A program made the translations under genes and the position numbers. The notes beneath the pieces were generated by a model that worked only from the letters and a program-made list of their open reading frames with translations, was not told where the DNA came from and did no database searches. A stretch of DNA of 58,906 bases, filler included, from Porpidia crustulata (taxonomy: Eukaryota): the NCBI GenBank assembly GCA_964255105.1. It is 8 parts of 8 records of this genome, joined end to end, with 100 filler letters (N's around TTAATTAATTAA, not from the genome) between each part and the next. Parts side by side here need not be neighbours in the genome. Positions count along the whole stretch, not along the records: positions 7,400 to 14,692 come from CAXUWE010001361.1; positions 14,793 to 22,079 come from CAXUWE010001362.1; positions 22,180 to 29,462 come from CAXUWE010001363.1; 5 more parts are not named here. The stretch is one strand, 5' to 3'. Positions 12,015 to 25,885 of the stretch are shown piece after piece; position 1 is the first letter of the stretch, and every line of letters starts with the position of its first letter.

Positions 12015-13324
12015 TCACACTACCTCAGTCGGTAGCTAGGGATGCAAAGTATGTACAGTGTATGAGTCTGTGGTGGAGATGGTGGATTATTGGATTTTAG
12101 GTGCGGCTGGTTGTGTGCGGTGGCTGGACGTTGAGGGTTTTGATATTCGATGGCTGGGAGCCAGAACATGAATTCGCATCCCCTACCAACAATTTGGCGG
12201 ATGCCGTCAATGTTGCCAGAATAATCTGTCTGCTTGTCTCATCAATCTAATTGGAATACTCAGTCATTACAAGTTCGCATGAAGCCTGCGATGCAGCACT
12301 CACAGATTTGTGTAGAGATAGATGTGCCAAACGCTAGACCCCCATTTACCACAACATTCAGCAGTGAACAGTGAGCGAACACAGTCGCACGGAGAGACAG
12401 CCCTCTCTGACTCTTATGTTTCAACTACAAAGTGTGCGTTGAACGATGGTCGCGTTTGCAATGGCGATTTCTCTCATTTGAGTCGCTCGTCATTGCGCAG
12501 TGATGGCGCGGGCGCTGGGTGCGAGGCACAGGCCACTCGGTACCATGGTCAACGAGCAGCGGTACACAGCATACTGCCCTTGCTCAGGGAGTTGAGTAGC
12601 ATGACAGTGGTATTGAGGAGATGGGGATGTTTAAGAAACTCTCACAGTGAGGCATCTCGGGCACCGGTAATTTTGGCTGGGGATCGAATGCGCTGGCTAG
12701 TGCGGCATGCCCAAATTGCTCGTCGAGACTGCTCATCTTCTCTCAAAATCGGGGTCTTTGGGAGACAATTATCACAATATAGATGGCAAACATGAAAACA
12801 TCAGAAACTGTCATCAAATTTGATGGATACCCAGATCCAAGTGTCAAATTGACATATCGACATGAGATCATCTCATTGGCGTGTGCCTTATCCATGGTTC
12901 TTCGTGACCCTACTGCATACGCTTTCCTATTGGCCTACGCTTGCGCGGCAACCCAATCATGATTCTAATTGACAAAGCTCCCATAGAGCTTTATAACCAC
13001 CAAGGAGTTCGTGGTACTTCAAGGCACCTAAGTAGCTTTTGCGACATAATGGGCTACGGAAGCCCGCAGTCTTGGATGTCTCCTTGGATGTCTCCTTGGA
13101 TGCAGGTACGCATCGTATGCTTAAAGCGAGTTGCTAATGGTGATGTGAAGAATGGGATGTTGTCTGTCCCTTGCACCAATTGAACTGAGAAATGTGGAAT
13201 GCGGGCCCCCATGATGGACATAGAGCTCTACAGCAAAATAATTATAAGAAAGCTTTGGGCCTGGATCATTCTCTCTATCAAATGCATATCGTGGGTGTGA
13301 GAGTTAGCCTTTTAATTTAATGTC

Positions 13325-14275
13325 ATGGGCAGCTGTACCAACTCTGTTAGCGACACCTTTTCCGCATCGTCTATCATATCTCTTTACAATCAATCAACGT
13401 ATGTGCCTTGGGATACCTTTACTTCAAGCCATAATAGCACCCGACAGTTGGATTACCCATCAATTGTTTCTAGAAGGCCGTCAAACGCGCCCCTATCAAG
13501 CCCTGCATTCTCGCCAGAGCGACATTCCAAAGATGTACTTCCTCGCCACGCGGAGAATCTGTCATATTGGGGTCATCCCTTGATTTATCTCGAGGAGCAG
13601 CTTGTGAAGGTTCAACCGGAAACTCAGGGCAGTCAATTGGAAAACTTCGGCCCAGGAACTAAGCCCCGATTTTCTTTCGAAGAGGAATCCTATGATCATG
13701 GAGCATGTACTTACAGCCGCAGCCCTCGCTGCCATTGTTCCTACCACGATGACGAGTCTACAATTGCAGGACTATCAACTCAAGCGCCGTCGATCAGCAG
13801 CGAAACAGGAACCATTCTCGAGGAGGACAACAATATACATAGCATTACGCACAAGGCTGCGTTAACCTATGAGTTTCCCGAGCTCTACCCTTCGAATTCC
13901 GAGAGACTCGATTATACCATGCCTAGTCCAGCTCAACCTTCTGTTTGTGAGGCAAGATCTCCTTGGGTACTACAACCCCAAAGGAGTTACGAACCACATG
14001 AATCACCGTCAGTCGCTACACGCAAAAGGCAAATATCACTTCCAGTCATGGCGAGTGCCGAATCCACAGTCACTCCTGACGTACCCGCCTCCGCTTCAAT
14101 CAGGGCCCAATCTTGGCCCGCGTCGCCGGTCTATTCTCCAAGCCGTGAGCCTCCAATACCACCACCAGGAAGTCAGAAATCCATTTTCGAGGATTTTGAT
14201 GACGAGGACAATGTAGAGGAGAAGAAGCTTTCGAAACGCTTTCGCCATCTCATGCGAAGGTTGCACTGTGGATAA
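13325..14275 (+). CDS. Ser/Pro-rich hypothetical protein (316 aa)
   Basis: ATG-initiated 951-bp ORF ending SIFEDFDDED...KRFRHLMRRLHCG. No recognisable domain; the true start may be downstream. Confidence 0.5.
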   Translation: MGSCTNSVSDTFSASSIISLYNQSTYVPWDTFTSSHNSTRQLDYPSIVSRRPSNAPLSSPAFSPERHSKDVLPRHAENLSYWGHPLIYLEEQLVKVQPETQGSQLENFGPGTKPRFSFEEESYDHGACTYSRSPRCHCSYHDDESTIAGLSTQAPSISSETGTILEEDNNIHSITHKAALTYEFPELYPSNSERLDYTMPSPAQPSVCEARSPWVLQPQRSYEPHESPSVATRKRQISLPVMASAESTVTPDVPASASIRAQSWPASPVYSPSREPPIPPPGSQKSIFEDFDDEDNVEEKKLSKRFRHLMRRLHCG

Positions 14276-14692
14276 CAGGGGGTGGCCTCTATTGACGCGA
14301 GCCCGTCTTCGGTGTCACAGAGGGCTGTTTGTCGCTCATTTGCCTGGTGCTCCTATTTGGCAGATTCCACTATGTTAACGCCTGATGACTTGCGCTTTCC
14401 ATTTGTTCTCGTTGCCTTTAATCAGCGAGATCACGCCCTATGACACTTGTAACGACTTAAAAGTTTCTGTATTTGCATAGTCCTAGAATTTCTTGCTCCT
14501 GTCACAAAGCATCAAGCATCTCGCTGTGACATGGCGGCCGTATCTTTCGCTAGTTCCACTCTTTAATCCGAACCAATTGAGGACCTGACAAAAATGATTT
14601 CGTTGTGATTTACTCTATGTATGGTCGTGCGGTGGATTCGGTACCTCATCCTCACCAATTCAACCCTCCCCCACTCTCCCCTCCTCCCATTC

Positions 14693-14792
14693 NNNNNNNN
14701 NNNNNNNNNNNNNNNNNNNNNNNNNNNNNNNNNNNNTTAATTAATTAANNNNNNNNNNNNNNNNNNNNNNNNNNNNNNNNNNNNNNNNNNNN
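14693..14792. other. Artificial contig spacer
   Basis: 44 N + TTAATTAATTAA + 44 N. Confidence 0.98.
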
Positions 14793-17700
14793 CACATGAG
14801 TAGAGCGACCACGACGATGCTACACGTACATATGATCGACTTTAGCCCATGTACACCGGAATGAGGTCGTCACTGGCGATGCGTCGCTGTTAGATCATCA
14901 ATTCCGTTGTTCTGATTTTGGCAGTCTAAACGACCCTAATACATGGCAGTGCTGTGTTCTCAGCCTAATAACGCAAAGGCCCCACGAGTATGGTTCTCGA
15001 CCCTAAGTTTTGGTATGGATGCGGAACACGATATACGAAGTCTGAAAGACTCGATCGTCTTTGTAGCGCGAGGAGCAGTCAAACCAATGTCTATCGAGTC
15101 TCGCCACCCAGAAGTATTGAGTAGTCGATAGTGGGTCTAATAGAGCGTTTTCGATTCCAATAAAACTCGTATGTGGCCGCCAAAGTCGAGACTCTTGTGA
15201 GTCGATCTCAATGTTTATTATTTGAAGGCCTTGTGCGCAGCGCATGGGGGGCCTGATCCATGTTGTCGTTCTACCTTGTCACCTGTGTGTAGAGATAAGC
15301 ATTCGCACATACACTGTTGTACAACCTCTTCATGATGGAATCATCATGCAACTACTCACTGGACTCGGCGATTGTATGACCGTCAAGAGGATGTGTTGAC
15401 GGCTATGTTCCTGGAATCCACTGAGGCGGCTGCATTGTAAAGCTTCACATCAGTCAGTAATTGGGGGCCAAAGGAATATACACTAGGTGTGAAAGGTCGC
15501 AAAGACGATCTCTGACTATGTCTTGCGAGGCTGTGTAGCTGATGGAAGCTAGATCGTTGAGCGAAGACAGATTTTTCAAAGAATAAGGCGCCCAACGCGA
15601 AAGCCAAACGGTGATGGGACCACGTTTGCCAAGTCTCTGGGTTAACTTACTGTGTTTCGCAGGTAGCCGTGAATTCAAGTCATCTCGGGTCCATTTTTGA
15701 AGACTTGGTCGCTCTAAATTTGAGATATCAGTGGCTCCAAGTCGGTCAGATTCACACAACGAGCTTCCTCAACGACCGCAGATCAACGGTGACACCAATC
15801 CGCATGTTACACATAATTTTAAGGACACTTAGTTCCCATACTGCTCCTGGTAGACGATCCTAGATTCGTATTATATAGAAAAAAGGCCACAGAGTATGCC
15901 TCAAGTCAAGATCCCGACAGCTTCTGTTTGTACAGCGAAGACATCATCGTGACGTGTATCTACACTTGGTACTTTTAGTCAATCTCTTTGGGGTCGACGT
16001 GATCTTAATTAAGTATGGAAGTACATTCCAGCCCGAGTGCTCGCCACTCATCCTCAATATTCTGTTGGAGTACCATGTCAAAGTATTCGAGCCACCCAAA
16101 AGCGGCATACGAAATGCAATCGCTTGACGCGCAATAGCAGCGTAAAAGGATTCGTGCGATAGTTGATGGTCAGTCAATCGAATGAAGGAGGCTACTTAGC
16201 TAAGGTGGCTCCGAGACGATAACTGAAATCAAATACCTCGTGCCGTGAAGACAGGGAGGAAGCGAGCAAATAAATTTCCTATATGGATATTCCCCGACTA
16301 CAATTTCCGCGCACCGCATGAGGTCGGAACGACTGCACGATATAGCCTGGTACAAGGGAATAACAATACATTCTCCGGAGCAACTTACTTGGAACATTAA
16401 GTGTCGCATTTCCCATACTTCTTGCTTCATACCAATCGGAACGAGCTCACCGCTACCAGGATAACTCGCGCAGTCTGGTAGATCTGTGTGTAGCTTCCTT
16501 CGATCACACGCAGTCAATGATCTCGTGACCAACTGGTCCTCACTCTTTCTCCCTCGGATAGGTGAGATCGTATAATTCATGAGACTTCTGTTCTGTCATT
16601 TTCCCCAAACCGGCGACACCATGCCGACAGCCGCATGTTGATGCCAACACCCTCTCATATCCTCCTTGCTCCCTAGTAATGAGCCTCCGCAGCGCACTCG
16701 TGTCTATGAGCGATAATAAGAATCTTGTGCTCCAGTCCTGTAAGCTGTACAGAGTAGATGGTCGGCGCAGTTCACCTGAGTGCCAACGCTACGATTCTTA
16801 AGTCCAACTGTTGTTGTTTCACGTTTGGGGCTGCGCATTTCGCGCCATACACATGGAACGGATGCTGGATCAAGGCTGGAACGAAAGCTGACAGGCCTAC
16901 CGCTACGTTTGCGACATTGACGGTAACGGCGTGCTGCTCAGCCGCGGTTAGCGGTAACTGTTTTACGGTATCCGTAGCTAATGAATGTAGTGTAAGAATC
17001 TGGAGGTGGCTTGGTCTGCCCTTTGCTGCCAAGTGCAGCCAGAGACTTCCAGATTATTACCATTCATGATCTGCTGGATGAGTAAAGCTATTTCGAGAGT
17101 ACCAGTAGTTGATTGTGCCGTAGAGTGCGATTTAGTAGAGTGTAATGCTGTGCGAATGAACGAGTGTACCAATGATATGCGCCGAATCTATGCTGACTGC
17201 TTCCGGACCACAGGACAACCTCCACACTCGACTTGATGGATGGACGATCAATGGCGCTCTTAGCATCTCGGCACAATTGCGCGTCCAACCCTACCGAGTG
17301 CGAGACCACGAATCACATAGCTTGCTGCATAGAGTAGAGACAGATTGTGACGGGATGTGAAGTACAATTCTACGTCGATTGACTTGCATATGGATGTCTT
17401 TCACTGAAAATTAGTGAAAGTCGTTAGTGACAGCTGTGAGCTTAGGGCTGATCGGGGAGTAAATGTGTAAAATACGAGACCGCTAGAGATGGTTTAGTTA
17501 GAATCACGTGCTAATCAAATCTTAATTCACATTTACAAACTCCAAGGGTCCAGGTCTAAGGTATTGTCGGCGCAGCTGGGGCCTAGCTGTGCCTTAATTG
17601 GGTAAAGACTGAGTGAACAAAGCGAGAACTATCTGTATGGAATTCATAAATAACTCCGCTAGTCTTTGTAATGTATTATTAGGATCCCCATCCATCGTCA

Positions 17701-17941
17701 GTTCAAGGGGGCGAACAATGAAACCTAATTATTAATTTTTCCCCCCAACAAAGAGCAAATGGCCAACTAACACTTCAGCTCATTTCATCCTGCCCGTGCA
17801 TCGGTCATCAGCGTAGGGAAGATGGCTGACCATCTAATAAAGGTAGTCTCTTTGCCTTTCCGTCCATCTGGATATGATCCACTCCCTCAACTTTCAAGTC
17901 TTCCACATTGCTAACCATTGAATGGTCAATAGCGTAACAGG

Positions 17942-18945
17942 ATGGCGGGAAACGGCGGCGACCAGCATATCCGCCACACCCCTCTCTCTACTCTCTCCAG
18001 ACTATCACCTTACTCTGGCCTCACCATCTCCATCATCTTCGTCATCTTCTTCCTCATCAAACAATACATTGTCGAGAAATGGCTGTTACGAAAGATGTAC
18101 GGCAAAATGTTCACGGACCAAAACGAAACAAATCGGCGGAGTTTCGTCAACAACCACTTTGCAGGCGCCGTCAAGTTCCTCATCCTGATTGTCGGCGTGT
18201 ACCCTTTCATCGATGTTGCGTTTCGGACCGGTTACCTTCACAAACCCTTTGCACCGGGGTCCAGGGTCACACTGGGGGATATTCTGGTTGTCTGTGCGAA
18301 TCTATTGGTCTCAATGTACATCTTCGAACTCATATACCGTGTCAAGATATCGCCAGTCTCAGTGATACATCATATTGGGACCATCTTGGTGGCTCAGGCA
18401 GCCATCGCGATTAGCCTCGATATTCCACGGGAAAAAGATGCATCAATAGAATTCATATTGTGTTGTGTATGGGGTGAGAGCCTGTTGCCGCTTCCTTTCC
18501 AGGATACTAGCTGACCTGACTTTCCATAGGTGCCTTTGATATTGTATGCGAAATGCTGCCTCACATTGCCATGATACTGTACCGTGTATATCCCGACTCC
18601 CACCAATTTCTCAGACGTTTATTCATGTTTGCGTGCTTCACCACGTTTGGTGGTACCATTTTCGAGACCATTGTCACCATGTATCTCTTTGGCAGTTTGT
18701 GGGACCAATGGCAGATTGCCTTCAAGATCGCCACACCAATTCTCCACACCGCTTTTTGTTGTGCCCAGCTGCACGGCAGTCGGATATTCTTTATACAATG
18801 GAAAAAGCAGGCTAGATACGTACGGGAAGGTCGAGGCATCGAGGCAGGCAACATGCCGGAGGCGACGATAACCCCACAAAGCTCGAAAACGCTTCTAGAA
18901 GAGCCGACCAAAGAAGTCACCGATACAATAACACGAGCCATATAG
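17942..18945 (+). CDS. Multi-pass membrane protein, TLC-domain-like, 2 exons (17942-18473, 18530-18945)
   Basis: Several hydrophobic helices and MYIFELIYR...SVIHHIGT. Intron GTGAGA...CTGAC...TAG (18474-18529) joins CCVWG|AFDIVCEMLPH in frame. The TLC call rests on the ELxYR/HH pattern only. Confidence 0.8.
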
Positions 18946-21900
18946 CCGGCGGAGAAGATAAAAGCCACTGAATGTGAGCTATAATAACAATAGAGGAGAC
19001 ATCACGCCAGCGTTGTAAGAGTAGGGCGGAGCAATTGAATAAGCATTGCGTTTGGGAAGGGGGACAGCGCTGCTGCCACTAGGTGTACAAAATACATGGG
19101 ATTTCAAGGTTGAATATGGGAACAGAATTACTGTCTGCATTGGGGGCGTTTCCAAGCACTTTGAGCGTCGGCGGCATTTTGGGAGCATCAGTAGGCGTTT
19201 CTATACTCACGAGACAGACAGGCTTGTCTATGCTACCGTTCGCTGAACATTTCTTCTCAACCTATATGGTTTATATAATCAAAGAGAAAGTTTCGGTCTG
19301 TCTTCTGTACGCAGAACCGAGTCGTGGCTATTTGGCGACCAGGTTGTACCAGTAAGGTTTGTTTGTGCTAGCAAAGATATTTAGGTGTGGCTCTTCTTGC
19401 CGCTTTGTCACTCTGCTGCTTCCCACCGCTACCACGTGTGAGTTATTCTTCTGGCTTTCGTAGGACTTGGACATGCATTCCTTTGCGTCTATACCTGATT
19501 CGGCTGCTCCCCCTGATACGCTAGTACATGATTAGGCCAGGCACGGTCATTTCCTCCAATCATAATTTCTCTTTGATGATTACGCGTTCACCCAGGCTTG
19601 GGACCGACGGTTTAGGCAGTCTGATAACCTACTCCCAAGCACCCAAGGTGCCGTAATCCCGTTAGTTCCTGTCTTTCCCACCGAACAGCCTCAGCGTACT
19701 ACACTTTAATCTCGCTCTACAGGACAATTCCGCATTCTGCAATAGGAGGCCACATTGACAGGCCCGGCTAGCAGCATCCACTCGACAGCTCAAGGATTCG
19801 ACGAAACTGTGGTGGATCATTGCTTCTTCGAAAGGCTTACGGCAGTGTACGGGCTATATCTCTCGGTATATGGTATACTTCCAGTCTGGTATTCTGACCT
19901 ATAGAATGCCGATACTTCTTACCTATGAGAGCGTATTTAGGAGCGTGCTGGATTGATGCCTTATCATTGTGTAGGTACAAGTTCGTGGTTTTTGGCGCCC
20001 TTCGGACCTACGTTTTGAACGTAAGAAGATGTGATGCCAAGAGATGAAGTCAGACTGCGCTAGGTCATGTCGGCGAGTATTTTCGGCCTGTGGATTGTTG
20101 ACAAGGATTGGACAGTCAAAAGCTTGATCTAACACAGGCTCCAGGATGCAAATGTTCTAGCATCAGACTGCCATATCGCTCACAATCGACCGTGAAGTCT
20201 TTCGGGGCAAGAAATCTAATTAGGGATGGGAGAGAAGTAAGAGCTTCGCTATCGAGATGTTGACAATACAATCAATGAAGGAAATGGGATTTTCGGACTA
20301 AGCGGCAGGAGAAGGAAGGCACCTGGGAAGAAGAAACAGTCATTACAGCTATGAGTTGTCATCTTATACAATCAAGAGCATGTCCAAACGCTATCTCTAG
20401 CTTAGCTGGACGTGATGCTCACATTGATGAATCGCCCATGGAGACCTCTACCACACCTCTAGTGGATACTGATGTAACAACATAATACATGGCCAATTTG
20501 AAAAGCCAAGAGATGCGGAACATTAATTAGAAGAGAAAAATGACGACTGCTACTCTGAAGCCTTCATGGCACTAAATTTTGAGCTCCAACGATGGGGCTG
20601 AGGAGGCTGGTTATCTGAAACAACATCTTCTCGTATTCTTGCTTTATATATGATGTCAACAGCTATCACTACTTTAACCCAGGCTTGATCAAATAGCACC
20701 ACCGACGCACTATCTCTCAACAATTCTACTTAACTCGGAGTTTTCTACAAGCACAATTCGTCCGGACAACCAAGACTGAGCTAGGACATTTTCGACATCA
20801 AAGCTCTGCAACAGCAAATGTATCCTACAACAGCCACTCTTCTATCATGCCCGTTCATAATCTGCTCTATACTCGCGAAGCATGAGAGGAGGATCTGTGC
20901 GGAATCAAACGTGTTGTCTTAATAGCAACGGAGGCGGAAAGGGGGAATCTATCACCAAAAGCACCTCGTAGAAGAAAGTCTTTTCTACCCGCGCAGTCAG
21001 CCCCTGAATTGAAAACTCCTTTTTCCAGATCAAAAACGCATTAAAATACCGCTTGTCAGTCATCGTCCGTACCCTTCCTAGATCTAAATACAAAAAAATG
21101 CGCTCAACTCCCATTAGTCTTTCCTAAATTCCCAGAAATTCTGTACGAGTACTCCACCTCCTTTATGTCCCGAATCTCATAATACGGCACCCCAGCTCGC
21201 CCGCAATCTTTGTCCCCAAAAAGGAAAAATTACACCTCTTCAACTTTCAACCACCGCTCCCCCCCCTTCAAAACCAACCATCCCTCACAGACACCCGAAT
21301 TGACCGAAACATTAGCCCCGCAAAGATACCCCCGTCCATCCTCGCTATCGCCTTCTCCTTGCTATAGCTATATACTCTCTCTCCAGAAACAATCATTTCA
21401 CTAGCCCCTCTTTGTACTTTACCCCCTCACTCATCCCCTGAAAAGTACTTCCACATCCCACATAGTCAATATCCCACCTTGTCATCCAATGCACCGCTAC
21501 TCACCCATTTACATTCCCCACAAACTCCCCAAGAGGCGGAACGACTGAGATTGATGATAGTGAATCGTCAGACGCAGGATTACACGAACAAATTCATATT
21601 ATCGCACCTGTAATTGTGAATCCAAGCAGTGAAAGACTTTATGAAGCCGGGCATTTGTATCAATCACCTCCTCGCGCTTCGCCCAATATTTAATTCTTTT
21701 TGCTCGTGTCGTACATCCGACATTAGCTCCTTCAGTAACCCCTCCGCCCAAAGCCATAGCCAACAGAAAATCAAGATTTTCCAAAAAAAATTAAAATAAA
21801 AAACAATAATGGTTCCCTATCTGTCGCAATCCCATTCCCCATTCCTTCCCTCCAGTAACACATGAAATCCCGTATCGTATCCTCTTCCACATCCTACCGA

Positions 21901-22079
21901 TCAAGAACCTGGTGCGTGGATATTGAGGGACTAGAGACGTGACTGGCTTGGGTAAAGTGAGGAGATCGTGGAGATCGGGGAGATGATGGGGAGGATGAAG
22001 AAGGTAGGGGTGAAGGTAGGGAGGGAGGTGAGGGAGAAGGTGGAAGATCAATAAGGAGCATGGCTGAATGGGTACACGG

Positions 22080-22179
22080 NNNNNNNNNNNNNNNNNNNNN
22101 NNNNNNNNNNNNNNNNNNNNNNNTTAATTAATTAANNNNNNNNNNNNNNNNNNNNNNNNNNNNNNNNNNNNNNNNNNNN
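22080..22179. other. Artificial contig spacer
   Basis: 44 N + TTAATTAATTAA + 44 N. Confidence 0.98.
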
Positions 22180-24676
22180 GTCTAAATGGGAGCTTTCGTT
22201 ATCGAATGGGAAAATGGAGGGTTCAGATGGATGGGGCGTCATGAGGAATGTAGTATAGATGGCTGTTGTACATTTGTAATCCTATGATCGAGTCCGGTGG
22301 AATCGTTAGCTGTTAGGGAAAAGTAGAACGATGGGTCATGTGTTTTACGGATGGTGGAGTTTGAAATGGTTGATCCGGCCGAGTGTCATAATCGATTCCT
22401 AGGGGGGAGAGTGAGTGAGAGAGAGAATGCAGGGGGAACAGAGACTTCGTGAAAATCGAACACCCGTTTGTGGTTAGAAGGACATGATTATGAGTTACAG
22501 CATCGAAGCGTCTAGCAGAAAAAGGCGATCCTTGGGATATTGGATGCGTTATTGGGGTAAGTTTGAAGACGTCTCAATGGTCGAGACAATAAATGTCTTG
22601 AGCGCAAATGGCCATTGAGTTTGAACTGTTGCCTAGAATTGCCTGCAAGGCTACGAGGCGGCAGTTTTATTTCTGAAGCCCTGCGTCGGTTTAAAGCCCT
22701 ACGGCGGCTTGGTCTCATGAGCCTTGTAGCCTTGCTTCACCCTTGGCAGTTGGCTCGTGACAGGGCTGTGGGCACAAATGCTGGTCAGTCACTCCAAAAA
22801 TCAGAGTGGTGGGATTTATGAAAGTATGGCGCTTCGAGGAGGTGCCATGGAGGCTGATTCAGCGCCTGAGGACTGCTTCGACTGTGATAGTGATGCAGGG
22901 TATTGATGTGATAACGAACAGTATTGCAAAAGCAGCAGTATATTCGAAGGCACAAGTCACGGCGTCTGCTTCAGCATGCCGTTGGAGTTCCAGTACCCGC
23001 TATGCAATCGGTGATGGGCTGTAATGAACTAGCTCCATCAAGCATAATGACTTACATTGATGGTGTGCGGCTCTCAGCGGCAAGATTGAAACAACAGCGG
23101 AATGGTGGGTAGCCTTGCCCCTGTAGAGATAACGTAAGTGGAATAGATTTCTGATAGTGGAGGGCGCACTCTCGGGGAGTCAACGGCTTTGGTCTCCGAA
23201 TGTGTAAATCGCCTAAAGTTATGAAACAGGAAGATGGCGAAGATTAAAGAAGAGAGAAGGCGTGGTTACCGTCGCTCAACATTGTCTTGATTCGGAGATG
23301 ATAAGGAAATCCGATAATGTGTGATATTGCTTCTGCACACGCCATGGAATTGGTAGCCAATGACTGAAGAGGACGGTAACATCCATGAAGAAAGAGGCGT
23401 ACACGGACTCATTCTCACTGCACATGGATGCCATGGTCAGAGTGCAAGATGATGACCAGAGAACAATCAGTCCCTGCACCAAACACCAAAGAGGAAGAGC
23501 AAACCGACTGTGCGCTCACACAGAACGTCCAACCATTTCTCTGAAACACGCAAATCACACAGTGGGTGTGATGACGTCCCAGTCTAGACATCTGTATTAC
23601 CCGACACCCAAGGCGGAGGTGACATGACTTGCATGGAGAGAAATGTAAGCGCCGTGAGAGACATCAGCTGCCCTGCGCCCATATTGTACTTCCACAGCCA
23701 AGGAGCGGGGCGTTCCTCCAAGCACGTCCGTTGCGGCGTAAGCAATAGATGCTAGATGGATAATGAGTGATGTGGGGTAAAGGAAAGCGGTGCATGGTCG
23801 TACCTTATTTCTATATAACTAATAACATGCAAAGATGGTGTGCATGCACTAGGTGCCCGTGCCTGTCGCACGAAACGAGTAGCACTTATTGGCTGAGCGC
23901 TGGCTGGAGCGGCAAGAGAGGTGGGTTTCTCTCGCTTCAGTTGGGATGGAAGGGTCGGGAATAACGAATCCTCTAAACGGATCAGATTGATGCGAGCGGC
24001 GTCGAAAGGGAGGGAAGATGCAGAGAGCATCTAGTGTCAGAAGAGACGGGTAGATTGGACGAGTTGCTACTCTTTAGGCGGCCCGGGTGGTCTATGATGC
24101 TGGGGCTGGATTATCAGCTGCAGGCACAGCAGGGCTATGATCAAACAGAAGGGTTGCATTCTGTCAGAGAATTATAAGGCATCTTGCGACGGCACGGAGA
24201 CGAATCAATATGACAATACCGTACCAAACATATTCATGTATTATATATGAATTGGCCATGAGGCAGCGAACAATATCTAATAAACTAAATGGGTATAGAT
24301 AGTACTATTACATTGTAGACGATAGAAAGGAACAAACAGTTCGACTTTTGTAAACTCCTCAAACTCCCGTGCACCAAGTAAAGCAGCCGGTCGAAAAACC
24401 CCATCCTTAACCAAGTGACTCATCAAACCACGCGAATGGCAGTATCCCAATCCCTGGATGTGAATCCTCTTAGAAGACTGGTACAACCATCGCACCGTAA
24501 ATGCTTCAATGACGAGCGATGTCAAACAGAAATGAACAAGACGGCAATATCGCAGCAGTGGTATAGAGCGCCCGATCATGCGTGACCAATAATCAAAACG
24601 ACGACAGGTAAAGAACCTCCCGAATGACTCAACACAGTGATGCCTCCAAAAGATCCATTCAAATGAGCCTAGACTC

Positions 24677-25885
24677 CTAGGCCGCCGAAGGTCGCCTCAA
24701 AATATCTTCGCAATTCACGTCGAATCGCATGTTCCAGAGCCGGATGCTCTGCATCAGACTTTCCGTGTTCTCCAACTCCCGGTCGCGACCAAAGATCGAG
24801 TCAACAAATTCGCAGCCACTATTCTTTCCCATCTTCACCGTTCCTTTGCTGCCTTCTCGCTTGGCAGCCCTCCACATAAACTCTTCGCACGTCTTCAGGA
24901 GCTTCTTGAAACGACCCCACAACCTATCACCGCTTTCAAGGAAATCCTCCACCATATCCTGGTTATCTAGAGCTCGAATCCGCGGTAAGCATTCGTCGGC
25001 TCTCTTCATCTTCCCGGCTAGTTTAATCAGCAGGAGCCAGAGATCGCCAGCAACCTCTGACATCGGCGTCGCTGCACCATGGTGGAAGACGGTCCAGTCA
25101 TAGATCCATTTGCCCAGCGAATTGGCGTCGAACACGCTGCCGAGTAATAATATCGGTGACTCCGTCGGGTCCCAGTTCTTGATCGAGTATCCAGCTGGGA
25201 TTCCAGCTTTGGCCGCGTCCGCCGCAGTAGCCTCGGGAGGAGGCGGTGGCTTGGCTGTCTTTTTGATGGTGGGTTTGGTATAAGCTGATTGGGAAGAACG
25301 ACGAGCGCGTGATCTTTGTGGTTGTGAGTCAGAGGGCTCGGCGTATCGGGAGTCCTGGTTGAAGAAGAAGTTGGCGTTAGCGCTGGCAGACTTCTTCGGT
25401 TTGTGGCTCGATCGCGTCTTGGGCTTGATGTACGTATACGTAGGCAAATCCTCTGCTTCGTCAGACGTATCAATGATGATCCGCTGTGTCGGCGATTGCA
25501 TGGACGCGTGGCGTTGAGTGTTGCCACCGCCACGATGGTCGTAGACCGGAAAGCCGCGAGCTTTGCCTTTATCGCGACCGAACTGACTCACATGGTATTG
25601 TTGTGCCGGCGGCGACGCGTAGTGCGCTGGTAGAGAAGCATAATAGCTTGGTGATGGGTAGCCCGCGGGCGAATGCCATCCAGCTGGGCCCGTGTGGCTG
25701 TCTTTGCGCGAGTGACGTTTTGTAGAGGTGTTTCGCGTTATTGGCGATGTCGTTGGCGTCTTTTGTTGCGGTCTGTAGTACGCATATCCTTTAGGTAAAG
25801 GAGCGTCGGAGGGAGAGGTCGTTCCAGAGGTTGTGTATTCGTAATGGCGGACGTATTCCACTGGGGGTATTCCATAGTGATACAT
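24677..25885 (-). CDS. Conserved fungal hypothetical protein (often auto-annotated 'vegetative cell wall protein gp1-like'), single exon
   Basis: 402-aa ATG-initiated ORF. Disordered P/S/Y-rich N-half and globular C-terminal block IPAGYSIKNWDPTESPILLLGSVFDANSLGKWIYDWTVFHHG...FVDSIFGRDRELE...RLWNMRFDVNC. Confidence 0.88.
   Translation of the reverse strand: MYHYGIPPVEYVRHYEYTTSGTTSPSDAPLPKGYAYYRPQQKTPTTSPITRNTSTKRHSRKDSHTGPAGWHSPAGYPSPSYYASLPAHYASPPAQQYHVSQFGRDKGKARGFPVYDHRGGGNTQRHASMQSPTQRIIIDTSDEAEDLPTYTYIKPKTRSSHKPKKSASANANFFFNQDSRYAEPSDSQPQRSRARRSSQSAYTKPTIKKTAKPPPPPEATAADAAKAGIPAGYSIKNWDPTESPILLLGSVFDANSLGKWIYDWTVFHHGAATPMSEVAGDLWLLLIKLAGKMKRADECLPRIRALDNQDMVEDFLESGDRLWGRFKKLLKTCEEFMWRAAKREGSKGTVKMGKNSGCEFVDSIFGRDRELENTESLMQSIRLWNMRFDVNCEDILRRPSAA

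Noticed and set aside
13071..13102. 12-bp triplication (CCTTGGATGTCT) upstream of ORF 13325
   Set aside because: This is a short local slippage repeat of under 3 copies with no evidence of function.
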